DNA of 47,212 nt from Octopus bimaculoides (GCF_001194135.2 NC_068999.1:23969752-24016963), one strand, 5' to 3'; shown: positions 1 to 14,220, counted from the first letter of the stretch. Program-made: numbers and translations. Notes: a model not told the origin generated them from the letters alone.

Positions 1-452
1 CTACATGATAATAATTTGTATATTTATCTTAATAATATTTTACCAAATTTATTTACCTCTGAATTTTAAATTTTGAACTCTCATCCGATAACTCATATAA
101 ACATCAAATTCTTAATTGAAAGCCCTTTTGGAAGCCCTTACCTTGGATTTTTGTCTCTATATTTGTCATTTCTCCATTCGGTATGTGAACCCAACATACA
201 TGAGGTATAGTTTTCACATATGACTTTTACATGTAATTTTATTCATTTATCTATATAAATTTATACATATATTTATTTCATATAAGTGCATTAAATTATG
301 GCTTCGAATTTGTATTGATTGCCTAGATGTGTTCCTTCTATAATTTCTCTTATCCTTCGAGTTAGCTTGCAATGAGCACTTCTTAATACAGCTCATATAT
401 TGTGAAGTATACTTAAAAACATACTTTATAAGAAAATTTAATNNNNNNNNNN

Positions 453-502
<50 letters not shown>

Positions 503-689
503 TACACATGTATATATATTGTTACATTCGGAGATGGTCATATTTTTTGCCAATTAACTGCATGCACTATATATTTGGTCTTCACTCCTGTTTTATTATT
601 ATTCTTATTTTAGTGTCCTTTGTCTGAAATCTTTCATCACACATCCTGTGACTCTCCATCCCATATGTCTCCTGTTCTGTTTAGTCATG

Positions 690-1386
690 GTTGAAGGCTT
701 CTTTGGGCATAAACTCAGACATAAACTCATCCCGAAGTAAGAAAAGGATGAATGATGATTCATCAGAGAAGATGACATAGTCCCATTGAGTCATTGACCA
801 TTTCTGATAGTTTTAACACCACTTTTAAAAAAAAATTGTTTTGCTTATCAGTGTTGATAGCAACAGGAAAGGTTTAGCAATTGTGGCCCTCCCTTGATAT
901 CCAACTTTATGGAGCTCATAACAAATAGTCTCAGTTGACATGGGGTTGGCAAGGTTTAATTTTTGCTGCTGTTCAGTGGTTTTAAACTATGTGTTTCACT
1001 GTTCTGCAATCCTCTCTCTCTGTGAGAGTTGCCTTATACCCAGAATTATGCTTGCCAGAGGTGGTTTTACCTTGGTTTTGGGATGCCAACATGATTTTAG
1101 TGACTGTACTTCTCATTCAGCAGTTTTAGCAACCAAAACTCCAGCCATTCTTGCTCCAACAATCTGTCCTCTTTGGAAATCAAATGTCATACATTTGAAC
1201 TTGTTTAAATATAAATATCTTTAAAAAAAAAGAAGTATAACAGAGGGCTATATCATGAAGAACATAATATACATAATGCATATGAACACATATATAGAGA
1301 CTAGAACAGTTTTGGATTTATCATATTGCCTATAAAAAAAAAGTAAGTAAAAAGTGATGTTTTCATTATTTTGGCCAACCCCTGTG
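690..1386 (-). mobile_element. Tc1-like DNA transposon relic (5' half)
   Basis: Minus translation FQRGQIVGARMAG...STVTKIM...GKTTSGKHNSG (HTH) and WSMTQWDYVIFSDESSF (first D of DDE). Terminus CAGGGGTTGGCCAAAATAATGAAAA near 1384. Confidence 0.8.
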
Positions 1387-1587
1387 TATAATGACGTGTA
1401 TGTACACACACACACACTAAAGAGTGGGTGGGAGTAACCAGGGTGTAACTGGAAAGAGATAAAATAGTGATGAAATATCAAGGTAGACTTTGAAGATACA
1501 AGAAGGTGAATAGAGTTGAAGAATAAGGGTTGTTAAGAAGTGGTTGATGATCTACACACAAAGGGAAGGCAGTGGAGGATATATATA

Positions 1588-1618
<31 letters not shown>

Positions 1619-3490
1619 CCCTGTTGGTTTGGAAGATGGATGTTAAAAGATGGGATGACGTGTGTGTGTGATTGTCTCTTGATGTCTCTGATAAACAAAC
1701 CATCCAACCTCAGTAATTCTGTGTGAAGACATGAAATAAAATACTTTACTTGGTATGAGGAAGGGCATCTGGTTTTCATGTACAGTCTAAAGATGTGTTG
1801 TGCAACCTATGTCTGCTTAGAATAAGTGGACATACAGATGATAATTACAATGATGTTACTTCAGATGTAATCTAAATTATTGTTTGTTGATAATTCTGAT
1901 TATAATTGGACATACTTTCTGTGAAGTAGAGTCAATTGATTTTGTTTTGTAATAAAATATAATTGGATACAATACTATTAATGACAGATATGAATGTTAC
2001 CCTATAAGATGTGTGTGATATTTGTGATTGTATTGTTATTATAATGTTAGGTGTTACTGATATTGAGATAATTAATCTTTTCAGCAGGGGAGTGGATTGG
2101 TAAAACCAGTAGAGCATTCAATAAAATACCTTGTAGTATTTTTTCCAATTCTTCACATTCAGAGATAAAATCCCACTTGGACCAATTTTATGTTTCAGCC
2201 TTCTGGGTTCGATAAAATAAAGTACCTGTCAGCTCAATGTAATTAACTGTTCCCTTCCCACAAATTTCGGTCTTGTGCTTATATTGAAGATTATTGAGAA
2301 AGATTGGCAGAATCATTCACAACTGATAAGTCCCTTAACCTTTTGTCGGGGTCACTGAGATGCTGCAGCCATGCAGCGTATCTAGAGTGAGAAAGCCTGG
2401 CAGAGCCCATCCCTCTCCAAGCCAAACTCATTTCTACAACTGAGTGGACTGGAGCAACGTAAAATAAAATGTTCTGCTCAAGAACACAATGCATTGCTCT
2501 GCCCAAGAATCAAAAACACAATCTTACAATTGTGAGTCCAACACCCTAACCACTAGGCCATACACTTTCAGAATTATTAGAACATCAAAACAAGGGACAA
2601 GGATTTTGGCTCAATGTAAGCATTTTGAGTTCAAATCTCACCAATGTTAACTTAGTCTTTCATCCTCTGGGATTGATAAAATAGAGTACCAGTCATGTAC
2701 TGGAGTCAATGTAATCAACTCACTCTTTGAAATTTATGATGTTGCACCTATGTTAGAAACCTTTATTACTTCAGTCTGTGATTGTTTTGGCATCAGAAAT
2801 AATCTATTGAGCAACATTAACATGCTTTCTAGAGCAAAATGATTTTTGTGTTAATTTTTGGATGTTAAAGAAGTGCCAACACTTTCTGAAAGTTAATTTA
2901 ACCTGCCAGGAGAAAAAGGGAAATGTTGAGGACATAAAAAAAGAAAAAGATGGATTTGTAAGGGACAAGTTGTTTGCAGAGGACATCTATGAACAGAATG
3001 TTTGAAACTACAGTAAATACATTCATTATTAACGTACAGAAGAAAGATTGTGGAAAAACACAGGTGTCTTGGGAAACACCTGAGTCTATAATGTGGGTTG
3101 GCAAGAGTGCAAACTCTAATACAGAAATCAATGATTTGTTCTGCTAGCAAGATGAAATGCTGATAATGGCCAAATAGATGATTGTTTTCTCTGGTAGTCA
3201 GTTCTTATAAGTGCTTTTCTTGGAAGTAGTAGTAGTAGCCAATGTATAGGCAGAAGACATAAAAGCTTTTTCCTTTGTTATTAGATTGAATAAAACTAAA
3301 ATATATAAATGGGAGGTGGGGTAGAATGAGTAATAGTTACTGCATTCTTGAAAAATAAAATTTCTTTTGCAAATGTTCACAACCTTACAAAAACTATATA
3401 TGCTTAGCAAATGACCTTCTCTAAATGCATTAAAAACACTAAAACATATTTTAAACACTATTTCAGAAAATTATCTGCTTTCTTTGAATA

Positions 3491-3657
3491 GGAGTGGTTG
3501 TGTGGTAAGTAGCTTGCTTACCAACCACATGCTTCTGGGTTCAATCTCACTGCATGGCACCTTGGACAAGTGTCTTCTACTATAGCCTCGAGCCAACCAA
3601 AGCCTTGTGAGTGGATTTGGTAGGTGGAAACTGAAAGAAGCCCATCGTGTGTATATA
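3491..3657 (+). mobile_element. tRNA-derived SINE, family A
   Basis: GTGGTAAG...GGTTCAATCTCAC (A/B-box-like) with body ...AAAGCCTTGTGAGTGGATTTGG. Other copies: 13607-13765(+), 19435-19588(-), 26690-26760(-), 45255-45325(+). Confidence 0.8.
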
Positions 3658-3658
3658 T

Positions 3659-6450
3659 GAAGCCTTTGACGAAATAGAAGGGGGTATAGCATCACATGAT
3701 GTGGAAGACAACTGGAGGTTTCTACAGGACAACCTGCTGAGAGCCACTGACCAGATCTGTGGATGGTGAAAAGCCCCCATCTCAACCCAAGGTAATGTGG
3801 TGGTGGAACAATATTGTTGGCAGGGCTATTAGACAAAAGAAACAGGCTTGGAAGGACTGGAAGAACGGTGGTAGCAAGGAATTGTATCAGACTGCCAGAA
3901 GGGAAGCTAGGAGACAGGTTTATTTAGGCAGAGGGGAAGCAGATGAGAAAAAATTTGCCAATGTTCTGCTCAGTGAGGACCAAAGACTTAAGGTATTTCG
4001 TGTTGCAAGACAGTGTGTGAGAGAGAATCATGATGTCGTAGGATAGAAATGTGTCTGCATGGATGATGGTTCACTAGCACTAAACAAGGCTACAAAGAGA
4101 GAGGTTTGGAGACACCACTATGAAAGATTGCTCAATAAAGAGAACGAATGGGAGAAAGAGAGTCTGCCAAATGTTGACCCAACAGTGGGACCAGCTATCC
4201 GAAGTGACAGTACCTTGGTAGACAAAGCAATTAAGAGTATGAAGGCAGGGAAAGACCCCTGCCCATCAGGAATCACCGCAGAGATGCTCAAAATATCTGG
4301 TGGTGTTGGCTGTAACCTAGTCACCTGTATTGTTAACCAGGTGATACATGAAGGAGTCATACCCAATGACTGGTGTAGCAGCACCATAGTCAACTGCTAC
4401 AAAGGTAAAGGCGACATTTTAGATACTAATAATTACAGAGGTATCAAGTTGTTGGATCAGGTAATGAAGGTCACGGAGAGGGTCATAGCCCAACTAATTA
4501 GGGAGAGAGTCAGTTTAGATGAGATGCAGTTTGGGTTCGTGCCAGGGAAAAGCACCACTGATGCTATATTTCTGGTAAGGCAGTTGCAGGAGAAATACCT
4601 AGCCAAAGATAAACCTCTATACCTGGCTTTTGTTGACNNNNNNNNNNNNNNNNNNNNNNNNNNNNNNNNNNNNNNNNNNNNNNNNNNNNNNNNNNNNNNN
4701 NNNNNNNNNNNNNNNNNNNNNNNNNNNNNNNNNNNNNNNNNNNNNNNNNNNNNNNNNNNNNNNNNNNNNNNNNNNNNNNNNNNNNNNNNNNNNNNNNNNN
4801 NNNNNNNNNNNNNNNNNNNNNNNNNNNNNNNNNNNNNNNNNNNNNNNNNNNNNNNNNNNNNNNNNNNNNNNNNNNNNNNNNNNNNNNNNNNNNNNNNNNN
4901 NNNNNNNNNNNNNNNNNNNNNNNNNNNNNNNNNNNNNNNNNNNNNNNNNNNNNNNNNNNNNNNNNNNNNNNNNNNNNNNNNNNNNNNNNNNNNNNNNNNN
5001 NNNNNNNNNNNNNNNNNNNNNNNNNNNNNNNNNNNNNNNNNNNNNNNNNNNNNNNNNNNNNNNNNNNNNNNNNNNNNNNNNNNNNNNNNNNNNNNNNNNN
5101 NNNNNNNNNNNNNNNNNNNNNNNNNNNNNNNNNNNNNNNNNNNNNNNNNNNNNNNNNNNNNNNNNNNNNNNNNNNNNNNNNNNNNNNNNNNNNNNNNNNN
5201 NNNNNNNNNNNNNNNNNNNNNNNNNNNNNNNNNNNNNNNNNNNNNNNNNNNNNNNNNNNNNNNNNNNNNNNNNNNNNNNNNNNNNNNNNNNNNNNNNNNN
5301 NNNNNNNNNNNNNNNNNNNNNNNNNNNNNNNNNNNNNNNNNNNNNNNNNNNNNNNNNNNNNNNNNNNNNNNNNNNNNNNNNNNNNNNNNNNNNNNNNNNN
5401 NNNNNNNNNNNNNNNNNNNNNNNNNNNNNNNNNNNNNNNNNNNNNNNNNNNNNNNNNNNNNNNNNNNNNNCGCTCAGAGTAAAAGGTAGACTGTATGACA
5501 CATGTGTACAAACAGCCATGCTACATGGCAGTGAAACATGGGCCGTGACTGCTGAGGACATGCGTAAGCTTGCAAGGAATGAAGCCAGTATGCTCCGCTG
5601 GATGTGTAATGTCAGTGTGCATACTCGACAGAGTGTAAGTGCTTTAAGAGAAAAGTTGGACCTAAGAAGCATCAGATGTGGTGTGCAAGAGAGACGACTG
5701 CACTGGTATGGTCATGTGATGAGAATGGATGAGGATAGCTGTGTGAAAAAGTGTCACACCCTAGCGGTTGAGGGAACCTGGGATGAGGTGGTGAAACATG
5801 ACCTTTGAACGTTAGGCTTCACGGAGGCGATGACTAGTGACCGAGACCTTTGGAAATATGAGAAGACCTAGCAAGCCAAGTGAGACCATAACCTGTGGCC
5901 TATGCCAGTGGTGCAACCAGCCCACTTATGCATACCTTTCCTTCATTGGACACTAAACTCTGCTTGCGAAGATCTGTTGAGGCAAGTGAAATTGAAATCA
6001 GATTCGATGACAGCACCGCTTGACTGGCGTCCGTGCTAGTGGAGTGCTAAGCGCACCATCCGAGCGTGATCGTTTCCAGGGCCGCTGACTGGCTCCCGTA
6101 CCGATGGCACATAAAAGGCAGCATTCAAGCGTGATCATTACCACCGTTGCCTTACTGGCACTTCTGCGGCGGCACATGAAAGACAACATTTGAGCAAGGT
6201 CGTTGCCAGTGCAGGTGGCATGTAAAAAATACCATTTGAGTGTGGCTGTTGCCAGTACTGCCTTTCAGGTTTTTTGCACATAGACGCACCCACTACACTC
6301 AGAGTGGTTGGCGTTAGGAAAGGCATCCAGATGTAGAAACTCTGCCAAATCAGATTGGAGCCTGGTGCAGCCATCTGGCTCGCCAGTCCTCAGTCAAACC
6401 GTCCAACCCATGCCAGCATGGAAAGCGGAGTTAAATGATGATGATGATGA
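3659..6450 (+). mobile_element. 5'-truncated RTE-clade LINE (RT, gap, C-terminus, 3'UTR, (GAT)n tail)
   Basis: ORFs 3759..4046 and 4059.. are one frame split by a TAG. RT motifs YKGKGD...NYRGIKLL, QFGFVPGKSTTDAIF, YLAFVD. After the gap, VKGRLY..CVQTAMLHGSETW and RRLHWYGHVMR. Ends TAAATGATGATGATGAT. Confidence 0.93.
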
Positions 6451-7500
6451 TATATATATATGTGTGTGTATATGTTTATGTGTCTGTGCTTGTCCTCCCT
6501 CCACCTTCACTTGACAACTGATGCTGGTACGTTTATGTCCCCCGTAACTTAGCAGTTCGGTGAAAGAGACCAATAGAATAAATACTAGGCTTATAAAGAA
6601 TAAGTCCTGGGGTCGATTTGCTCGACTAAAGGCAGTGCTTCAGCATCGCCACAGTCAAAGGACTGAAACAAGTAAAAGAATGCAAAAGATAAATTTAAGT
6701 GGGACAGAATGAGTAAGACAAAGTAAGGTAAAGTTGCCTCTTCATTTCTCTAGAATTTCATTTGAAAAAAGACTCCTACATTTCAATATCAATCTTTAGA
6801 CATCAGAAAGATCAGAGATGCAACTAAAATTTAAAATATCTAGGCGAAATTAAAGAGGATCATAGAAAAATGGTACATGATATGTAAAACAAAACTCTAC
6901 TAAATATATAAAAAAAATCAGTTTAAAATATTCTCTATAGCTTCTTCATGACCTACTGGAATGGTCCTTTTCCTATTATATTAGCACATGATACAGTTAA
7001 AAAGAAGAAATTATTGAAATTAGTGAGACCTGTGAATATTTCATGGAATTAATGGTAAACCTATTGAGTTATTTCTGAAAACTTTATCCCAAAAACCTGA
7101 AAGTGTAGCCTGTGTTGTGTCTTCATAGAAAGATAGTAACTCATCCGCTGCTCATTGAAAAGTGAAAGAAATTGGAATACGATGATTACTTGATGCATTT
7201 TATATATACACTTTATATACTTTATGCACAATTTTATAGACTTAATACACAGCACTCATAAAATAAATACTCTTTTTTTTCCATTTTCCCTATAAGCAAA
7301 AAAAAAAAAAAAATCCCATACATATGATACAACCATTAATTAAATTGCATATATCTACCATGTAAATAAGCATGAATATTTCATGGAATTGCACTTATGT
7401 GTTAAGTGATAGGTGATATAAAAAATTTTAGTCCAGTTTAAAAAAATATGCACTTTTCACTATCCAATCACCACCATCACCACCACTACCATTACCATCA

Positions 7501-7575
7501 TCATCTCTCCTCCTCCCTCTCTCCTCCTCCCTCTCTCCTCCTCCCTCTCTCCTCCTCCCTCTCTCCCTCTCTTTC
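7501..7575. repeat. Polypyrimidine 14-bp tandem repeat (CTCTCCTCCTCCCT)n
   Basis: About four direct copies are visible. Confidence 0.85.
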
Positions 7576-8601
7576 TCTACCTTTCTTTAACCTCACCATC
7601 AGAACATCACCCCTCCGCTAAAATTATGTTCCTCCTACCTCACATCATGGATGCTTCTCTCTCTGTCTTTCTTTCTCCTTTGCCTTATCCTCTTTTTCTC
7701 TCTCCTTTTTCTTTCTCCTCAACTAATCTTGTGGAAGCATTACAATTACATTCCCTCTACCTCTTGTCATCATATCATGGACGCTTCTCTCTTCTTCTTT
7801 TTCTTTAATTATGTGAAAGTGTTACTGACAGGCTAAGTAATGCATTGACAAACAAAATTATAAGATTAGTTATTTCTCATTTTATCCCACTTTAACCTCT
7901 TTTTTAATTATCAAATTAGACATGTTGAAAAATTTGACTTGGAATTCAACAGAGAAATGAATTTTGCTTGTTTAACTCCAAATACTATTCAGATATTTTA
8001 TTAATCACCTCAATTACAATCAGATCAAAGTTGAGGAAAAATTTCTTGAATAAAAGGTACTTGTCACCTATATTTCAAACTCTCTCAACTTCAACAATGA
8101 AAACTATGCTGACTGAATTGTACCTCCAAAGATGATGTAACTGCAAATTATGATGTAAAATTTGCAACATAATATAACAGTTTCAAACAAATAAAGGGAA
8201 AAATAAATGGAAAAATTAGAAATTACTCATGCCTCACTCACCCATTTTGTCCCGCTACTAAAATTTTGCAAAAAAGAAAAATTAAAAAGTACTTAAAAAT
8301 TTACAATATCATGTTTGTGCAGAATATGCTCTATCTTTAATGCAAAGACCCTCACCCCTTTTTCCCCTAGTAGATCATCAGCTATTTACTCTACTGGCTC
8401 AGAAGTACAAATTTACTTTCTCATTATTATGACATGGTAAAGCTAAAACTAGGGTGAAATATGTGGTGAAAGAAAAATATTTCTTTATTAGCAAGTATTC
8501 CTATATTTACTGATGAAAATGTGTCATTCTTTGGCAAGTTCAGCATGACTTGCCAAAGTAATTAACAAACAAATTACTAAATATTGAGAGATGTTTGTAT
8601 A

Positions 8602-9400
8602 CAGGATGTTCAGGCTAAATTTGACAGTTTGCACAAAGGAAAAGAAAACACAATATCCCATCCAAAAATAAAAGTATTTTTTAAAGATCAAAAAGTATCA
8701 CCAAGATTATGGCTGGGAGATAACAGATTACACAAAGTAGCCACCCTCAGCTTCTACCACAGTTGCAAGATGGCTCTGTATTTCTAGGAAGGTCTTCAAA
8801 CTCTTCCTTCATCTTGGTCACTAGCTCAGCCTTAGTGTTGCAGGCAGAACAGTTGGTGTCTTTCTCAGTCATGCCCCAAACATAGAAATCCATGGGATTA
8901 CAATCAGGGGAATTAGGAAGCCAGAAATTGGGGCTGTTGAAGTTGTAGAAAATCTCTGACAACCACTTCTGGCACTTTCTGGAGGTATGGCTATGAGCCA
9001 AATCCTGCTGCCACACACACAACCTTCCAGCAGCAACCCTCTCCAGTCAAGAATTGACCATAGTCTCCAGCAGCTTTATGAAGCTGTCTGAATTGAATTT
9101 TGGGCCCTGTTCATCAGTTGTTGAATGAATCCTGGTATATGGATGCAGTCAGAATGCCTGCCATGTCCCTTCATGCTGGCCACAGCTTTGTAGTCTCCAC
9201 TACAGTTGTCCCTGTCTTGTCTACCAGTCTTTATAGTATCCACAGAACATTGATCAGCAGTCATGATGTCAGCATTTTGGTACCTGGCACAAATCATCAA
9301 AGATTCAGATGGCTTCCAATCCTCCATGTCAGCAAACTTTTTCTCAAAAATAACTTTAATCTTTATGTTGACTGTTCACTAACATATCAAGCTATTCCTG
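8602..9400 (-). mobile_element. Internally deleted Tc1/mariner-superfamily element (maT/DD37D-like)
   Basis: ORF 8747..9022: WQQDLAHSHTSRKCQKWL...WLPNSPDCNPMDFYVWG. ORF 9076..9327 carries an N-terminal remnant (RHSDCIHIPGFIQQ). TA|CAGGATGTTCAGG end at 8602; the other end is degenerate. Confidence 0.75.
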
Positions 9401-9899
9401 AAAAAAGGAGACAAAAAATTGTTAAATTTAACCAGAATAACCCATATTTGTTGGCAAAGAGAAAGAGAGTTATTTAAAATTTAATTCCAAGACACATTGC
9501 CTGGAAAGGGTATTTAACCTTAAATTATGGATATGCACCCTCTCATATTCTGCTATCTATGATCCCCACCCTTTTTTTTTTTTTTGTCACTATATTCATC
9601 CCTACATACCTCTGGCCTCCACCTCTATCCTTGTGTATCCCTCTACCTCCTCCCACACTTCACATCTCCCTGTTTTTCATTTACCTACTATTTTATTGTA
9701 CTTCTGCTCTGTACACCATCCTTTTTGTACAGCTACCTCCTCCCTGATCCACTCCTACTTCTCTCACTTTTCCTTCAAACTGATATTAACTTTTGATTTT
9801 TGGCTTTCTATATTAGGGTTAACTTGGAGTTAATATCAGCAACAACATGAATCAGATCCAAAAATTAGATTCAATGACAATTCTTAGACTATTCTTCAA

Positions 9900-11400
9900 A
9901 CAGTTCAGAGAACTTGTTTTCAGCACTGTTAGTAAATTATCCAGTTGTCTCAGTCAGCTGAGACTACAAAGGAAGATGTGTGGTATTATGTTTCTGAAGA
10001 TTTTAATAAAGCATATAAAGTCTAAAGAAAAAAATCATCCAGTTCTCTCCTATGTGTGAAGTAAAGATCCATATCATTAGTACAATTGTTGAAACTAGAA
10101 TCACAGTGGAAGCATGAGATATGATTTAAGTCACATCAACAATTCTTCTCCGTAACCCATCTATATCTTTCACCTCATATCTGATCTTTGCTGTCCAAAC
10201 TACATTACATTTCAATTTCTTTCTGAAATATGGTGTCATACATCTGTATAGAATCTACTTTCTCCACTAGTCAACTCTTATTGAGACTTTGTCTTCCTTT
10301 CGTTCAATTTATTGCTTTCCCATTCGTTTGATATTTTGGATATCTTTGACACACCATTTCTCATCTCTGATAGAACCATTTCTCAGCAATTGGGGTCTCT
10401 GCTCTCATTTGATAGTTAGATTACTGTCAATCAAATAAATTCAAAAAGTGGAAGATTTATGGTAGCAAAAGGGACATATCTGATTTTCTACCATACAACT
10501 CTCAGTCGCCAGACATAGAGCTGTTAGTTCTATATTAACTATTTTTGTTAGAAAACATATGTGCTCTGGTCCATCAAAAACTACTAAAAAGGTGATTGAT
10601 ACTATCTTCTGAGCTATATCCCTACACATCCCTCACATAACCTCAACATCTTCTAAGTGGTTCACTTACAGCTGCATAGGGGAAAAATACTGTTTGCAAT
10701 AAATGGAATAAGTTACCCTCAATAACCAGTTATAAGGCTTTTATTGATCATTGTAACACCTACAAATTATCATCATGGAAGTCCAAGGATCACTTTGCAA
10801 AGTATTTTTCCCTTCCATTCTTCAATCAAAATAAATCTTCTTGATTGAAGATTGCTTTTTTTGTTAACTAAATAAGTGGAAAAAGTTAAGTGTCCATGAC
10901 TATTTTCAGGACTTCTCAAACTGGTGGAAGGAAATTATCTTTGTACAAGAGCCTTGACCTAAATGCTTGCAACAAGGTAGCCTTTTTGTCTTAGACATCT
11001 AAGGACCAGGTAGTGGAGGTTATATTAACCTTTTGCCTGTCCAAAGCATTTTCATAAGTTTGTTCTAAACATCCATGCTTGTTTTCAGACTTTTAGTTAG
11101 CCCTTATTTCATACATTCTGAGTAATGTAAAGCTTTCCTTTCATAAGTCTCAAGTTACTTTGGTGGTTGAAAAAATCGGGAATGTGTATCCTATATGACA
11201 CACGAACACCAGGGTCATATGTCCTGTGTATCAAATGTGATACACAGGACAGGCAAAGGGTTAAACCAAGTGACATTAAGTGTACCATCCAAGAACATGA
11301 ACAATCTTTCCAACAGGTTTCCATATAGTTTTTGTCTACCAAGGTTTTTTGTTGACCTGAAAATCAGATGATACTTGCCAAGGTGGTATATTCAAACCTG
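9900..11400 (-). mobile_element. Highly degraded Penelope-like element (RT to GIY-YIG)
   Basis: Frame-broken minus peptides KPVGKIVH..., GYLVASI*VKAL (cf. LVSxDVKSLYT) and FHCDSS...CT...HIGE (cf. YIGET), in the expected order. Confidence 0.4.
11029..11260. mobile_element. piggyBac-type MITE (232 bp)
   Basis: TTAA at 11025-11028 and 11261-11264. 14-bp TIRs CCTTTTGCCTGTCC / GGACAGGCAAAGGG match at 13/14. Confidence 0.8.
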
Positions 11401-12661
11401 TTTAAATTCCAAAGTTACAAAGCAAACTTCTTAATCACTGTCTCTACCCGTGTCACTTATGATTCCAACTACACTCACACAATTATACAACAAAATCATT
11501 TTTTACAGCCATATTTACACAATTACACTATATGCAATTACCATATGAGAATTTCTCATCACTCAAAGGTAACATTTCATGATATTTATTCAACTACTTT
11601 CAATGTGATTTCACACTTAACCTTCACCTTACTAAATTCTTCAATGTTTGTCTGCTCACCTTAACTAAATTCTTCAGTGTTTTGTCTGCAGGAATATGCC
11701 CTTTGTTTTGATGTCTTTGACATATTACCTTCGTTTTAAACACCACAAAGGTAATGGGAACAGTAAAAAAAAAGAAAGAAAAAATTTATCCTTTTGAGTC
11801 TCTCTTTTTACAGTGATCAGTTATAGAGTTTCTGTAGCATCTGTAGAATCTTTGATCTCTGATATAGTTCTGGAGAACCATATAAGGGATCTGCTTTTAC
11901 ACAGCCTCAATGACTTGGGCAAAAGTAATATTGCAGATGTAGTTGCCTATTTTGTAAATGTAGATACTTATCACTGTCAATATAGAAAGTTGCCTATTTT
12001 TGCAATCATATGTCTTTCTCCTCTTGGATTAGAAGTTTCTTCTCAAACTTAATGCCACAGTGAAACCAGTGCAGAACCTTCAAATTTTCTACACCATTGA
12101 CTTCTTCATTTACAAAGACAGATATCTAGGCATTGAAATTACTTGAAATAGTTGTGATTAGTAAAACATTAAAAGTATTTTATTCCACAGGAACAATATG
12201 AATATATGCACACACATGATTTCCTCAAGGTTAAAAACCAGAAAAAAGAGTTTTCTCACTTTCTTAGCTCTTATTCTGTAGCAAAACAAACATCAAAAAT
12301 ATTGATTTCTCATATACAGACAAGGTTTCAAGTTTATAAAGAAGAGAAATGAGATTGAGTAAAGCATATACATTTGTCAAGTGTCCTTACGTGTAAAAAA
12401 AGTATAATGTATATTTTTTAATATACCTATGTCATGTCATTATTTTTATTTTTCCACATTGTGATTGATACATATTTACATGTATTGTGTTCCCTCTTAG
12501 TGGCCTTAATTCTGATGCATGTGTGAAGCATATCACAGAAAATATGTCATGATATGTGTTGTGACTGCAAAGCTTACTTAATGTATGTGTGCATGTTTGT
12601 TTGCTTTGTACCAACAAAAAGAAAAAAAATCACAATGATATAAAAGCTGCATAAAAAATAA

Positions 12662-12667
12662 TTTATT
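12662..12667 (-). promoter_or_regulatory. Putative polyadenylation signal of the ASB-family gene
   Basis: AATAAA on minus ~60 nt after the stop, followed ~35 nt further on by a GT/T-rich tract (TGTGATTTTTTTTTCTTTTTGTTGG). Confidence 0.45.
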
Positions 12668-12726
12668 TAAAACACGTTACATAAAAGAAAACATGTGGTT
12701 ACCACAAAATTAAATTAATACAGATT

Positions 12727-13217
12727 TCAAATATTTTTAAAATCAGAGAAAAGTAGAAAATCTTGGAAAGATTTTGGCAAAGGGAGCTTTGAGACATTAA
12801 GGTAAAATAATCTTCCCAGATAATGGCGTATCCATATTCTGCTAATTTGCAGAAGTGTTAGTGGCTGCTGAATAAAAGAAAACCAGTCATTTTGGTCAAC
12901 AGTAGTCCAATCAGCAGTAACATCATCAGAATTCTGTATATAATATCGAATATGATCTTTATCAAAACCAATCAGTATGAACTGTTTAATGACTTTTTTA
13001 GCCCCTTTTAAAAATGCAAGCTTTACAGGGCAAGATGTTTCTGGAGCTTGAGTGGGACAACTATAAGAAGCAACATGACTTGTATACTTCAATAACGATT
13101 CAACAGCTTCAAATCGTCCGCTGTTCAAAGCGTACCATAAAGGTGTTCGATATTGATTGTCTAAAATATTCAAATCCAGCCCAGCCTCTAGCATGTCTTC
13201 AATGCATTCAGTGTGAC
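12727..13217 (-). CDS. ASB-family gene last coding exon: final ankyrin repeats + C-terminal SOCS box
   Basis: Acceptor TTCTTTTTCTCTAG| at 13219-13218; the phase-1 junction gives ALK-G-HTECIEDMLEAGLDLN. C-terminus QPLTLLQISRIWIRHYLG...KLPLPKSFQDFLLF has a BC-box and an LPxP Cul5-box. TGA at 12729-12727. Confidence 0.93.
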
Positions 13218-13557
13218 CTAGAGAAAAAGAACAAAGTATTAAGAAAGAACTGAAGTTAACAATAAGATTTTAAAACTGTATCAAATAAAGGATAAAAATC
13301 AATTATTTACATTATGTGCATGCATAGATTTATATCTTTGTATATATGTAAACTTACATATATACATACACATGCATATATACATATCACATACATGTAT
13401 GTGTATATGGAAATAGGAACTTTATTATTCCAAACTAACTGCTTAAGACTGATGGAAGATATGTAAATGCAGTACTGCGACATAGTTGTTTTTAATGAAA
13501 AGTATGAAAGAAAATCTGTTCCCCATATATACAAATATATTCATATAATATATAAAA

Positions 13558-13606
<49 letters not shown>

Positions 13607-14220
13607 ACAGGTGTGGCTATGTGGTAAGAAGCATGCTTCCAAACCATATGGTTCTGGGTTCAGCCCCACTGCATGGCACCTTGGACAACTGCCTTCTATT
13701 ATAGCCTCAGGCCGATCAAAGCCTTGTGAGTGAATTTGGTAGGTAAAACCTAAGAAAAAAGCCCATTTTATGCAGGTGCCATGTAAAAAGCACTTAAGAG
13801 TGCTGATGCCAGTGTCATGTTAAAAGCACCCAGTCCCAGTGGTTGGTGTTAGAGAAGTGATCCAGCCATAGAACCAGGCCAATTCAGACTGGAATCTGGT
13901 GTAGCTCTCTGGCTTGCCAGTTCCATCAAACTTTCCATCCCATACCAGCATGAAAAATAGTTGTTAAAGGATGATGATGTGTGTGTCTTTGCATCTGTTT
14001 TTGTCCTCCATCACTGCTTGACATTCGGTGTTGGTTTGTTTACATCTCTGTAACTTAGTGGTTTGGCAAAATGAACAAATAGAATAAGTACCAAATTAAA
14101 GAATAAAAAAAGTACTGGGGTTGATTTGACTAAAAACTTTTCAAAGCAATGCCCCTGCATGGCTGCAGTCTAATGACTGAAACAAGTAAAAGATAAAATA
14201 TGTATGATGATGATGATATA

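Noticed and set aside
4564-5808. Long ORFs full of X (also 15582-16991, 18046-18995, 32725-33679)
   Set aside because: Artifacts of translating N gaps. Only the flanking residues carry information, and those were used for the TE calls.
11692-11750. Plus-strand exon-like segment (TTTTGTCTGCAG|...AAG|GTAATG)
   Set aside because: No recognisable peptide and no partner exons found; such signals occur by chance.
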